A stretch of DNA of 64,000 bases from a virus (lineage: Duplodnaviria > Caudoviricetes). The DNA is taken from IMG/VR virus record IMGVR_UViG_2974598881_000001, positions 12,269-76,268 of that record. One strand, written 5' to 3'. Positions 55,512 through 63,928 of the stretch are shown here, piece by piece. A program made the position numbers and the translations under genes. Positions within the stretch are counted from its first letter, which is position 1. Each line of letters opens with the position of its first letter. The notes beneath the pieces were generated by a model. That model saw only the letters and a program-made list of their open reading frames with translations. It had not been told where the DNA came from and did no database searches.

Positions 55512-55546
55512 TTGCAACCCTTTCGGTGTTGTCGTTGTGTGGTACT

Positions 55547-55637
55547 AGTCTATCACGTTCGATCTAGGTTGTCAACCCGGACCCGGTGCGATTTTCCGTT
55601 GTGGTACTAGTCTAGCGTAGATCGGGAACTTTGTCAA
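55547..55637 (-). promoter_or_regulatory. Two tandem SigA-like promoters
   Basis: TTGACA-N17-TAGACT at 55575/55552 and 55637/55614, both followed by AGTACCAC. Confidence 0.8.
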
Positions 55638-56029
55638 ACCGTTCCGCGTGCCGTACGGGAACTTTGGTTCGGCTAACGATCTAGGGTACTAGGACTAGGT
55701 CCGTTCGCGTAGTTCGTGTTCCGTTTTTCGATCTATAGCTATTAGATCATGCGGTGGTACTAGTTGGCAACCCGTTCGGGACTTCCGTTACCGAACCGTT
55801 ATGGAACGTTATTCGGGCCCTAGAATCGACGCTACGGGACTCGCGTAGGGACTGGCCTAGTAGGTCCGGCGCGGCGCGTAGACGCGCCTACGTGGACGCT
55901 AGGGGGCTTAAATGGGAAGTCCCGTGGACGCGGCAACGCGCGCGTCCTGGTTGCTTCGAGTAACTAAAGGTATTCGTGCACGTGCATGAATGAGGTTAGC
56001 TAAAGAAACCTACGTGCAATCTAGTTCGC

Positions 56030-56600
56030 AAGCGAAACTAAAGATTTATTTTCGGGTGCATATATTTCTTTAGCTAAGTATATGGGGGTAGATGTGTAGG
56101 TACTGAAACTAAAGACTTCTTTTAGATAGGGTAATAAGGGTGGGTAAGTATATGGGTATATAGATAGGCTAAGTATATAGGTACTTATATAGGGTAGCTA
56201 AGTATATACTTAGGTATGAGTACTAATGATATATAGATAGTACTGTATACTAAGTATATATGTAGTTATACATACTAAGTATATGTATGTACTTATGTAT
56301 ACTATGTATATATACTTAGTTATAAGTACTAACGATATGTGTATGTATATCTTTAGTATGAGTATCTAAGTATATTGTTATAGTAAGTAATGATGATGAG
56401 TAATGATATATCTTTATATTAAGTAATGATATGTGTTAATGATATATACTTAGTTATGAGAGCTAATGGTATGCGGAAATAAATACTTAGTTACTCTCAA
56501 CAATGATGTGTTCCGACCAGTCGATAGGCAGGCTAATGACCGGGTCTAAGAAAAGTCTTTAGTGGCACTAGCTAAAGATATACTTAGAGAGCTAAAGCAC
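56030..56600. repeat. AT-rich island with TAAGTATAT and TAATGATAT repeats
   Basis: 11 exact TAAGTATAT copies (7 forward, 4 reverse), 4 TAATGATAT, 16-bp palindrome at 56198-56213. Confidence 0.85.
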
Positions 56601-56621
56601 CCTTTCGGGCGCTTAGGCTAA

Positions 56622-56759
56622 CTACTTGGCGTGACGGGGAACGTATGCTTTCGGGTAGTAACGAGTGCGGATACCTTCGCCGTACTGAATGTACTCTTCG
56701 CCGTCGATAACGACGACGGTCTGGGCGGGGCTGGTGGCGGGGGCTTCGTTCTTCATCAT
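56622..56759 (-). CDS. 45-aa protein, possibly leaderless
   Basis: MMKNEAPATSPAQTVVVIDGEEYIQY...; GC-rich codons inside an AT-rich zone; TAGACT 6 nt before the ATG. Confidence 0.5.
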   Translation of the reverse strand: MMKNEAPATSPAQTVVVIDGEEYIQYGEGIRTRYYPKAYVPRHAK

Positions 56760-57246
56760 GGTTCTAGTCTAGCGCAAGTCGTGCGCAAAGTCTAGCCGAA
56801 TCTCAAGAAAGTTCTGATTTGATCTGGTGAACTTATGGTTCGAGATGTAAAGTGAGTTTCGTTCGTGTAGTTTGGGCAAGAAACGATCGAGATTCTTGAA
56901 TCGGAGATTTGACTTGACTTTTCGTTGCCTTCGTAGTAGCGCTCTTGAAAATCGCTTTCACTAGGCCCTTCGAGTACTTTCGCTAAGCATCGGTGTGCAA
57001 TATCAAAGATTGCGTGTGTCTTGACTTTGGGATGTAACTTTGGTAAGGGGCCCGGCGTGCGCGGAGCTCTCTGCTCGATTCCCGGCGCACACAAAAATCC
57101 ACTTTTTAGATCAGAACTAGTACCACAAGCTATACGTACATCATGAGCTATGTAGTAGTGCCATCCACTGTGGACATGGTACCACCCAGGAACAATGGTA
57201 GTCTTTGGATTCATAAGTAATCTTCGAACAGTGTTCGATTTATGAT

Positions 57247-57688
57247 GTTTTACAGTTATTTATGGTTTATATACCCTCTGACCTGCGGTTATACCAATAC
57301 TATAAACTATAAATACTATAAATACATATTCTACTACCCAAGATTCCCAGTGCTTCCCACACCCCCTACTAGTACCGTGCGCGCATCATCCTCGAGCCCC
57401 GCATCGAGACCCGCGCCCATACCCCCAAGACCCACCCCTTATGTAAGTACATCTCGCCCTACGCGCCGAACGTGTTTATGGTTTTACGATACCCCCCAAA
57501 ACACCCGTTGACCTGCGAAGATGCACCGTAAATCTGCCGTTTTACAGTTATTTATGGATTTTATGGTTAGCGCGTTTCCCCAGGAAGCCTCCCCGTCACC
57601 CCCTCCTGGGCGGCATTGTTGTACCATTTCGCCGGGGGTAAACGAGCGGGAAACCAGAAACTATAAATTATTTGTTTATGGTTTCTGG
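57247..57688. repeat. Second repeat cluster (TTTATRG)
   Basis: 19-bp exact repeat gttttacagttatttatgg (57247, 57539); 14-bp inverted repeat at 57654-57688; ACTATAA tandem. Confidence 0.75.
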
Positions 57689-57696
57689 CACGCGAA

Positions 57697-57737
57697 AGGC
57701 CCGGGTGAAATTCTGTGGGAGAAAATCGCCCGGGCCT
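57697..57737 (-). terminator. Hairpin terminator for the 57.8-64 kb operon
   Basis: aggcccggg/cccgggcct followed by tt on the minus strand. Confidence 0.55.
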
Positions 57738-57758
57738 CTCGTGAATCGAACAGTAGAC

Positions 57759-58220
57759 TTACATGTTCGATTGTAGGTCGTCCAATTTGACCAGCTGTTT
57801 ACCTCGTCCCAGTACCTTCGGGTACGTCAAACCGGCGCCGGTGAAGATGTCTTCGACCTTGTGGAAGGTCTTGCTGTCCTCACTGATCAGGTGGGCGAAC
57901 AGTGCGCCGAGGGATGAGGCGGCGCCTGCGGTCTCAGCAATCGCAACAGCGTTAGCCATCTTCTCCTGCGTGTTGCCGACGATCTTGATCCGCACGCTGA
58001 GGTTCTCGTAGACCCCCGCATAGTAGCTCGCGCCCTGCTCGATCAGACTCATCACCGCCTTCACAACCTCCGCGAGCTCCTCTTCCCGCGCGCTTGCCAG
58101 GGACGCCGAGATCAGTCCGTGCGCCTTGTTGAGGAGCTCGTAGGACTCGGAATCGCCCTGCGGGATGGACTCCTGGCAGGACGCGATGAGCCAGTCGAGC
58201 GCTTCTTCTGCGTTCTTCAT
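57759..58220 (-). CDS. Helical hypothetical protein
   Basis: 153 aa, coupled. Confidence 0.65.
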   Translation of the reverse strand: MKNAEEALDWLIASCQESIPQGDSESYELLNKAHGLISASLASAREEELAEVVKAVMSLIEQGASYYAGVYENLSVRIKIVGNTQEKMANAVAIAETAGAASSLGALFAHLISEDSKTFHKVEDIFTGAGLTYPKVLGRGKQLVKLDDLQSNM

Positions 58221-58546
58221 TCGTTATGCTCTTCCCCGAAGTAGTAGAAGTTCATCGGACTCGTTAGCGCGACGTGTGCTTCGACGATCTTCCAGTAGGC
58301 TGCTTCCGCCTCTGCGATCACCGACTTCGGGGCCTTGAGGTCCTTGAGGTGCCCGATGATCGTGTCTAGCTCCGCGTTCACTCCATCGAGAGCGGCGCGA
58401 AGGCTCATAACATACTCAAAACCCTTGGCCTGGACCTCGGCGCCGATCTCGGGGTTGACTGAATGGGGAGCGCCTCCACTTCCGCTTTCTGCGCGACGAA
58501 GTCTCTCGGTGAGGCGCTTGATCGCGTCGTCGGTTACGTGGCTCAT
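58217..58546 (-). CDS. Helical-hairpin hypothetical protein (paralog 1)
   Basis: LRAALDGVNAELDTII. Confidence 0.65.
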   Translation of the reverse strand: MSHVTDDAIKRLTERLRRAESGSGGAPHSVNPEIGAEVQAKGFEYVMSLRAALDGVNAELDTIIGHLKDLKAPKSVIAEAEAAYWKIVEAHVALTSPMNFYYFGEEHNE

Positions 58547-58866
58547 AGCGCGTTGTCTCCGTTCTCCAGGTAGTCCGTCAGTTGCTCGAGGTAGCGCTTC
58601 GCCGAGCGCACCTCCTGCTGCGCATCCTCGGTCAACTCAGACGCGATATGACGAGCGTTCTTGGCGCGCATTGACAGCAGCAGTGTGTCGAGCTCTCGGT
58701 CCAGCTCGTCCAGGATCGCGTGCAGCCCGCCGACGAAGACCGCGTTGTCCTGGCGAGCGACAGCCTCCATCCGCGTCGGGGCGTCGAGGTCTATCCGAGG
58801 GGTCTTGGCCCTCGTGATCGCCGCCGTGATCCGCGCGATCATCAGGTTCGTCGTCTGGTTCATCAC
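58543..58866 (-). CDS. Helical-hairpin hypothetical protein (paralog 2)
   Basis: LHAILDELDRELDTLL. Confidence 0.65.
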   Translation of the reverse strand: MMNQTTNLMIARITAAITRAKTPRIDLDAPTRMEAVARQDNAVFVGGLHAILDELDRELDTLLLSMRAKNARHIASELTEDAQQEVRSAKRYLEQLTDYLENGDNAL

Positions 58867-59111
58867 TGCTCGAGCGCCTTTCCGAGGCGCGCGTTCAGCT
58901 CGGCGAGCTTACGCGCGGCGGCGTCCAGGTGAACCTTCACCTCGAGGGCGAGCGGCGCAGCCGGATCGGTGCCGCCGTCCTTGACCTGCGGGAGGTTGCC
59001 GCCCTCGAGCTCCTCGGTCTCAACCGAGGTGTGGATGTCGTCGCAGTATCCGGAAAAGCGCCGAATCTGATCGAGCATACTGCCGGTCGCGTTCTTGCTG
59101 TTAACACTCAT
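58863..59111 (-). CDS. Hypothetical protein
   Basis: 82 aa, coupled. Confidence 0.6.
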   Translation of the reverse strand: MSVNSKNATGSMLDQIRRFSGYCDDIHTSVETEELEGGNLPQVKDGGTDPAAPLALEVKVHLDAAARKLAELNARLGKALEQ

Positions 59112-59386
59112 GCTGCATGTCCTGCTTTCTTCTTATCCTTCAGGGATTTCTTGTGTTCGTTCAGGCGCATCTCGAGGTATGCATCTTGAATCTCGCTTGC
59201 AGAAACTGCACCGGGGCGGCGCAGTCGATCCCTGTGCTGCTTCTTGCACAGGGGTCCGCGACAGCCGTTGTGGTAGCCAATCGGCCTGCCGTGGTGGTGT
59301 GCTGGAAAGTTGTTGTCGGCCAGCTCTGCGTCGACCTCTTTGCCGAGCTCCGAAAGCATGCTGGCCATGAGGTCGTCGATACTCAT
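59108..59386 (-). CDS. Hypothetical protein with HG..GY..GC...C motif
   Basis: HGRPIGYHNGCRGPLC. Confidence 0.6.
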   Translation of the reverse strand: MSIDDLMASMLSELGKEVDAELADNNFPAHHHGRPIGYHNGCRGPLCKKQHRDRLRRPGAVSASEIQDAYLEMRLNEHKKSLKDKKKAGHAA

Positions 59387-61635
59387 TGTCCTGTCCTTTC
59401 ATTCTCGTGTGCAATCGCTTCTTGAAGATGCTTCGAGCTCTGTGGCAGCAAAAACCGCTGCGAACTGGGACCTCGCGAGGCGGTCTTGGGATCGACAGCG
59501 ACGTCTCCTCGGTCTATAAGGCGCTCGACGCGCTTAACGAGCGCGTCCTTGTCCCAGCCCTTGCGTGCGCCCTGCGACCTGAGCCAGATTTGGCCCATCG
59601 TGGCGTACCCCTTACCCTGGTAGGCAGACGCCTTCGCGATAGCTCGAAGAATGCCCTCCTCCATCTCGTTACCCTCGGTGTTGACCGTCTTGGCGTTGGT
59701 CATCGTGGCAGTGCGATCGAGGTACTCCATGATCCACTCGGCTGCCCGCAGGTCCGCCGGGATGATCTGATCGCGATCAGCGTTCAACGCGAACAGCAGG
59801 CAGTACTTGCGGAACTTGAGATCGAACCGGGACTTCACATCCGATGTAGCTTTGAGCTTCTGCATCTTGACGTTAATCCGGTTGAACTCTTTTTCACATT
59901 CAGGTGCGAAATGAATGTAAACAAGGTCTCGCTTTTCTTGATCTCCGCCGTTGAGGTACTTGGTAGCTAGGTCTCCATACAGGGCTGCCGCATGATTAAG
60001 ATTAACCCTCGGCTTGTTAAACTCATCTTCTTCGATGATGGGATTGCCGGTGACAATATCGAACCTGGCAACAAAGCCATTGTTGATGTTGCCGCCGCCT
60101 AGAATCTTGCTCATGACCGAAGGCTGAGTGCCCATCGCGATGATCGGGTTCGGATTAACTGCCGAAAGTTCTCCACTAGACATGGAACCGGTGGACACCG
60201 TGTGAGTAACCTTGCCAGAGTTCTCGAGACGTTGAATCGTGGTCAGCAGCGAAGAGCCCTTGATTGCCGCCTTGCTCATGATTGACGCCATCTCGTCGAA
60301 CTCAGCGAGGGCGACAACATCGCGAATCTTCTGTGGACCTGATTCTGATTCGTGCTGCGAGAGCTGCTTGATCAGATACTCTCCTGAGCCGACCTCCTTG
60401 ATAAGCTTAACGCCAGAGTGGAGTTGGTAGCTTCCGGTGCTTGCCGACAAGACTCGCCACTTAAAAGCGTCATGCTCTGCGATTTCGCTGATGTAGTTGA
60501 ACGACTGAGACTTGCCAACACCAGACCCAGCCACATACAAACACGAGATGGATGGCTTGAATGTGTTGGTGCTGTTCAACGCGCCCCGAACGTACGGCCC
60601 CGCCGCCGCAGCGACAAGCTGAAGAGCGCGAAAGAGCATAAACTCCTTCGGATACGAAACATCCTTCGTCGCCCACATGAACTCGTAAACAGGTGTCCCC
60701 TTCGGGAGGTGGTCGAAGACGCCGCCAATCTCGGGCAGAACCTCGTTGTCGTCGTGATCTTCATCTTCCGTCTCGACAGGCCTGATCGCCGTCACACTCG
60801 CCAAGCTGGACGGCTTAGCTTCCAGCCTGGTCGGCTCGGGCTTCTTGATCGGCGTCGGCTCAACCTTGGTCTGAGCCGCAGGAGTGCCGGGCTGGGTCAC
60901 CCCGAAGTCTTTGGTGCTGAACTTGGTGGGTCCGATGCTCGGAAGATCTTCGTCACCTTCGGCGTAATCCATCCCGGCAGGCTTAGTGACTTGAGCTACC
61001 CTATGACTCTCCTCGTCGTCGTCATCTGTATCCGGAAGCTTGCCGAACTCGGCCTCGAACGCCTCGATCTCCTGCTTCTTCTTTGCGGGAGACTTGCCGA
61101 CGTATCCGAGCTTGTCGCGCTCGAACGTCCAGCCACAGAACTTCTCAAGGGTGAGCTGCTTAGCCTTGGCGAAGTCCTTGCCCTTGGAGGCCTTACCGAA
61201 GGTCATACCGTTCGCGGCAGCGACCATGTCGATGATGCCTCCGCCGTTATCGCACACGGCACAGGTCCAGGTGTTCTTGTTGACATTCATCCAAGCGGCT
61301 TCGGACGAGGTGTTGTTGTGGCCCGACGCGGGACAGAAGATCAACAGCTCGTTTTTGCCGCCGTTGTTGAGCTTCGGTCGAGCGTCGCCGGTCAGCTTGC
61401 GATAGATCTGAGTGATCTGCAGCTTCTTAAGTGCTGAGTCCTCTTCGCTTTGCTGCTCGGCGCGCCGACCCGCGTAGGAGTGCTCCTCGAACAGAACCGG
61501 AGCCGCGTCCGCGAACTCGACAGGCACCTCGACCGATTCAGCCGAGTGAAGCTCAGCCTTCTCTGTCTCGACCGTCTCTGACTTCTTGATGTCCTCCTGA
61601 ATCTTGGAGAACATCTCGTTCCACTTGCTGCTCAT
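59383..61635 (-). CDS. Primase zinc-finger plus DUF3987-like P-loop helicase/NTPase
   Basis: FCPASGH...WTCAVC..GGGIIDMV; AGSGVGKS; AEFDEM; IAMGTQP; GFVARF. Confidence 0.8.
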   Translation of the reverse strand: MSSKWNEMFSKIQEDIKKSETVETEKAELHSAESVEVPVEFADAAPVLFEEHSYAGRRAEQQSEEDSALKKLQITQIYRKLTGDARPKLNNGGKNELLIFCPASGHNNTSSEAAWMNVNKNTWTCAVCDNGGGIIDMVAAANGMTFGKASKGKDFAKAKQLTLEKFCGWTFERDKLGYVGKSPAKKKQEIEAFEAEFGKLPDTDDDDEESHRVAQVTKPAGMDYAEGDEDLPSIGPTKFSTKDFGVTQPGTPAAQTKVEPTPIKKPEPTRLEAKPSSLASVTAIRPVETEDEDHDDNEVLPEIGGVFDHLPKGTPVYEFMWATKDVSYPKEFMLFRALQLVAAAAGPYVRGALNSTNTFKPSISCLYVAGSGVGKSQSFNYISEIAEHDAFKWRVLSASTGSYQLHSGVKLIKEVGSGEYLIKQLSQHESESGPQKIRDVVALAEFDEMASIMSKAAIKGSSLLTTIQRLENSGKVTHTVSTGSMSSGELSAVNPNPIIAMGTQPSVMSKILGGGNINNGFVARFDIVTGNPIIEEDEFNKPRVNLNHAAALYGDLATKYLNGGDQEKRDLVYIHFAPECEKEFNRINVKMQKLKATSDVKSRFDLKFRKYCLLFALNADRDQIIPADLRAAEWIMEYLDRTATMTNAKTVNTEGNEMEEGILRAIAKASAYQGKGYATMGQIWLRSQGARKGWDKDALVKRVERLIDRGDVAVDPKTASRGPSSQRFLLPQSSKHLQEAIAHENERTGQ

Positions 61636-61856
61636 ACATACACCACCCGGTTGATCTTGATGCGGCCTTCGGGTACACCGAGCACCCGCGCCGCCTCCTG
61701 GGTGGCCTTGAATGCCACGTTATTACGAGAGACGCAAGTGGTGTCACTCAGGTGACCAGCAGCGTCTCGAATGCAGATGTCCCAGCCACCCCGAGGTGAC
61801 GAGTTCGCTTCGACCTGAACCTCGACGCGCCGCCTACTGGTTTTCTTCTGCCGCAA
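61632..61856 (-). CDS. Hypothetical protein, HicB-N-like
   Basis: TTG after AGGAGG; GW.I.I...ATQEAARVLGVP...IKI. Confidence 0.45.
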   Translation of the reverse strand: MRQKKTSRRRVEVQVEANSSPRGGWDICIRDAAGHLSDTTCVSRNNVAFKATQEAARVLGVPEGRIKINRVVYV

Positions 61857-61965
61857 TTGCCTCTGCCTCCTCGCGCGTACGAACAACACCGAGCTGCTCC
61901 TTGTACTCGACAGCCTCGGCTCGAGTGGGAACTGCGGGACGATCTGTGTTCTCTTCGTCAGTCAT
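61834..61965 (-). CDS. Small acidic protein (43 aa)
   Basis: MTDEENTDRPAVPTRAEA...; AAGG RBS; not in the ORF track. Confidence 0.5.
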   Translation of the reverse strand: MTDEENTDRPAVPTRAEAVEYKEQLGVVRTREEAEAIAAEENQ

Positions 61966-62452
61966 TGTTCACCTTCGTGTTGTATTCGTCGCAGATCAGG
62001 TAGACCAGCGCGTCAGCCAGTTCGTCGAGGGCGTCTTCGAGGTGATTTCGCCCATTGCTCGGCTGAAGAATGGTGCCGTACTTCTCCAGGCCGAAGTTCT
62101 TGCGCGCCAGCATGGTGGAATACGGATCTTTGTCGAGCTTCTCGCACAATTCCATGTAGGAGCGGTGCGTGGCGTCGAGTGGAGATAGCGCGAGCTTGCC
62201 CAGCGTTGGGGAGGGCCGCGGACCGATGAGCCTGGACAGCATGAGGTCGTGAGCGCTCGGCTCTGTGGTCGATTGAGGCGCAGGCTGCACGGAAACGCCG
62301 TGTTTTGCCCTCAAATCGTCCTCATCGGTCACAAAACCGCGAGAAATGAGCCCTCTTGCGACGCTTTCGGCCTCTTCTGGGAGCAAAACGCCCTCGGAAA
62401 GGTCAACAATTGCTTGCCTTAGAGCGTCTTTTGTGGTCAATTTTTCGCTCAT
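61958..62452 (-). CDS. Hypothetical protein with all-alpha NTP-pyrophosphatase-like C-terminus
   Basis: KYGT.L...NGRNHLEDALDELADALVY. Confidence 0.5.
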   Translation of the reverse strand: MSEKLTTKDALRQAIVDLSEGVLLPEEAESVARGLISRGFVTDEDDLRAKHGVSVQPAPQSTTEPSAHDLMLSRLIGPRPSPTLGKLALSPLDATHRSYMELCEKLDKDPYSTMLARKNFGLEKYGTILQPSNGRNHLEDALDELADALVYLICDEYNTKVNND

Positions 62453-63042
62453 TTAGTCGCTTCTCCTTGGATTTCGTTGGCGTTTTTGGCCCATTCTTCG
62501 CAATACTGAGCCGCGTTTCTGAGCACTTCTGGGTCTTCTTTGGCTAGGCCAATCATCAGGTTGCAACGATTGCACAGCAGGTGACGCGCCTTATTGCTTT
62601 GGTGGCAATGATCTCCGACCAGCTTTTCGTGGTAATCTCCGCACGAGAAGCAGCAACCAGACTGTTCTTTGTACGCTTTCTGATATTCTTCTTCGGTCCA
62701 AAAGTTCTTCGTTCGTCGTTTGTAGTTCGAAGCACGCTTCGAGCAGCATGGCTTGCATCTACTCTCGCCTTCGTAGAACTCTTCGGGGTCTTTTTCGAGA
62801 TCGCACGTTGAGCAGATCTTGATGCCCCGTTTGGCTGCCTCTTCTCTGCGCTTCATGCGTTGCCTTGCGGGCGTGTCTGCGGGAACTCGATAGTGAGCTT
62901 TCATGCAGGCTCGACAGGTGCTCGATCTTCCGTCGCGCTTGTCCTTTGCGCGATAAAACAGGCTGGTGTCGAGTGTTTTGCGACACTTGGGGCACCGCTT
63001 GATGACCCCTGTTGGCGCTTCGGTCTGATTAGAACGAGGCAT
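62449..63042 (-). CDS. Endonuclease VII-like homing endonuclease
   Basis: Tandem CxxC zinc fingers; CFSC...DHCH...LLCNRCN..IG; lower GC than neighbours. Confidence 0.85.
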   Translation of the reverse strand: MPRSNQTEAPTGVIKRCPKCRKTLDTSLFYRAKDKRDGRSSTCRACMKAHYRVPADTPARQRMKRREEAAKRGIKICSTCDLEKDPEEFYEGESRCKPCCSKRASNYKRRTKNFWTEEEYQKAYKEQSGCCFSCGDYHEKLVGDHCHQSNKARHLLCNRCNLMIGLAKEDPEVLRNAAQYCEEWAKNANEIQGEATK

Positions 63043-63928
63043 AAGGATTGCCGCTCTCTAGAAGCGCCGCCGGATTAGGGTGAGGCTTAAGTTCCGCTTG
63101 GGCTACCGTCTGGTCGATGAAAAAACAAGGATCTTTGGGATTCTTGTTGTTCTTGCCACCGGGCAAGCGAACGAGATTCCCTAGGTCCTTGCCCTCCATC
63201 GAATCCTGCTTCGGGAAAATCTCGACAGTGAAGTTTTGCACACCGAATTGCGGGTCAGGTTCGGTATGCTTGAAGAAGTTTTTGCCCCTCACTGCCTCGA
63301 AGTTATGATTCGAGGAGATCAGCTTTCCAGCGTACTCGAGGGTGTATAGCGCCGCCTGACGGGCGACCTTCGCATTTACAGGCTCGGGAAAGAAGGCGTA
63401 TGCGTGAACGCCTTTATTGCCGGAGTACGCGGCAGCAGCTCCAAGCCCGAGGTGGGTGACAATGGAGCTGGTGAGCGCATCGACGATGGTGCGCATCTGA
63501 TACTTATACCAGGCGCGGCCGGGATGCTTTCGGTTGAGCCAATCGGCTCGAGGATGCGAGTTATGGACCTCGATTGCGTCCATGTAGCCCGCGTCATCTG
63601 TGATCTCCTTTAGCTGCTCCTCGGAAGGAAGCTGGACCCAGCTCCCGTGTCCAATCTCGCAGCACTCGGGGAGTGGCTGTCCGCGCTTGTAGAGCTCGCA
63701 GTAGCCGGTGTCGAGGTCGCAATCGAACACGATCAGCTTGGTGAGTCCGCTTGCGTCGCAGGTGTAGTGGCCGAAGGTCTGCTCGCCCGCGACGTGTGCG
63801 CGCAAGTCCTTCATCTTCCAGGGTTCGCGGATCGGCCTGTAGCCGCCATCCGCTGTTTGGATAGCCTTCACGTCTTTGCGCTGAACGAAGCGCTTGGCGA
63901 TGAGGGCTGCGAGGTCGGGTTCGGACAA
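63029..63928 (-). CDS. Archaeo-eukaryotic primase (AEP/PrimPol) domain protein
   Basis: IVFDCD, SGNKGVHAY, EIFPKQ, GNLVRLP; TTG start after AGAGGTGA. Confidence 0.82.
   Translation of the reverse strand: MSEPDLAALIAKRFVQRKDVKAIQTADGGYRPIREPWKMKDLRAHVAGEQTFGHYTCDASGLTKLIVFDCDLDTGYCELYKRGQPLPECCEIGHGSWVQLPSEEQLKEITDDAGYMDAIEVHNSHPRADWLNRKHPGRAWYKYQMRTIVDALTSSIVTHLGLGAAAAYSGNKGVHAYAFFPEPVNAKVARQAALYTLEYAGKLISSNHNFEAVRGKNFFKHTEPDPQFGVQNFTVEIFPKQDSMEGKDLGNLVRLPGGKNNKNPKDPCFFIDQTVAQAELKPHPNPAALLESGNPYASF

Noticed and set aside
56030-56600. CRISPR array, prompted by the repeats and the Cas4-like gene
   Set aside because: Repeats are 9-mers with irregular spacing and both orientations; the nuclease is a typical standalone phage PD-(D/E)xK enzyme
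56792-57214. 140-aa minus-strand ORF in the AT-rich zone
   Set aside because: No SD, atypical codon usage and no recognisable motif; cannot be excluded entirely
57242-57790. Plus-strand ORFs of 89 aa
   Set aside because: Translations of low-complexity repeat DNA with no RBS
62449-63928. Intron or intein interrupting the primase
   Set aside because: The AEP ORF has all its motifs and ends at its own stop; no splice signatures, and the gene after the endonuclease is unrelated
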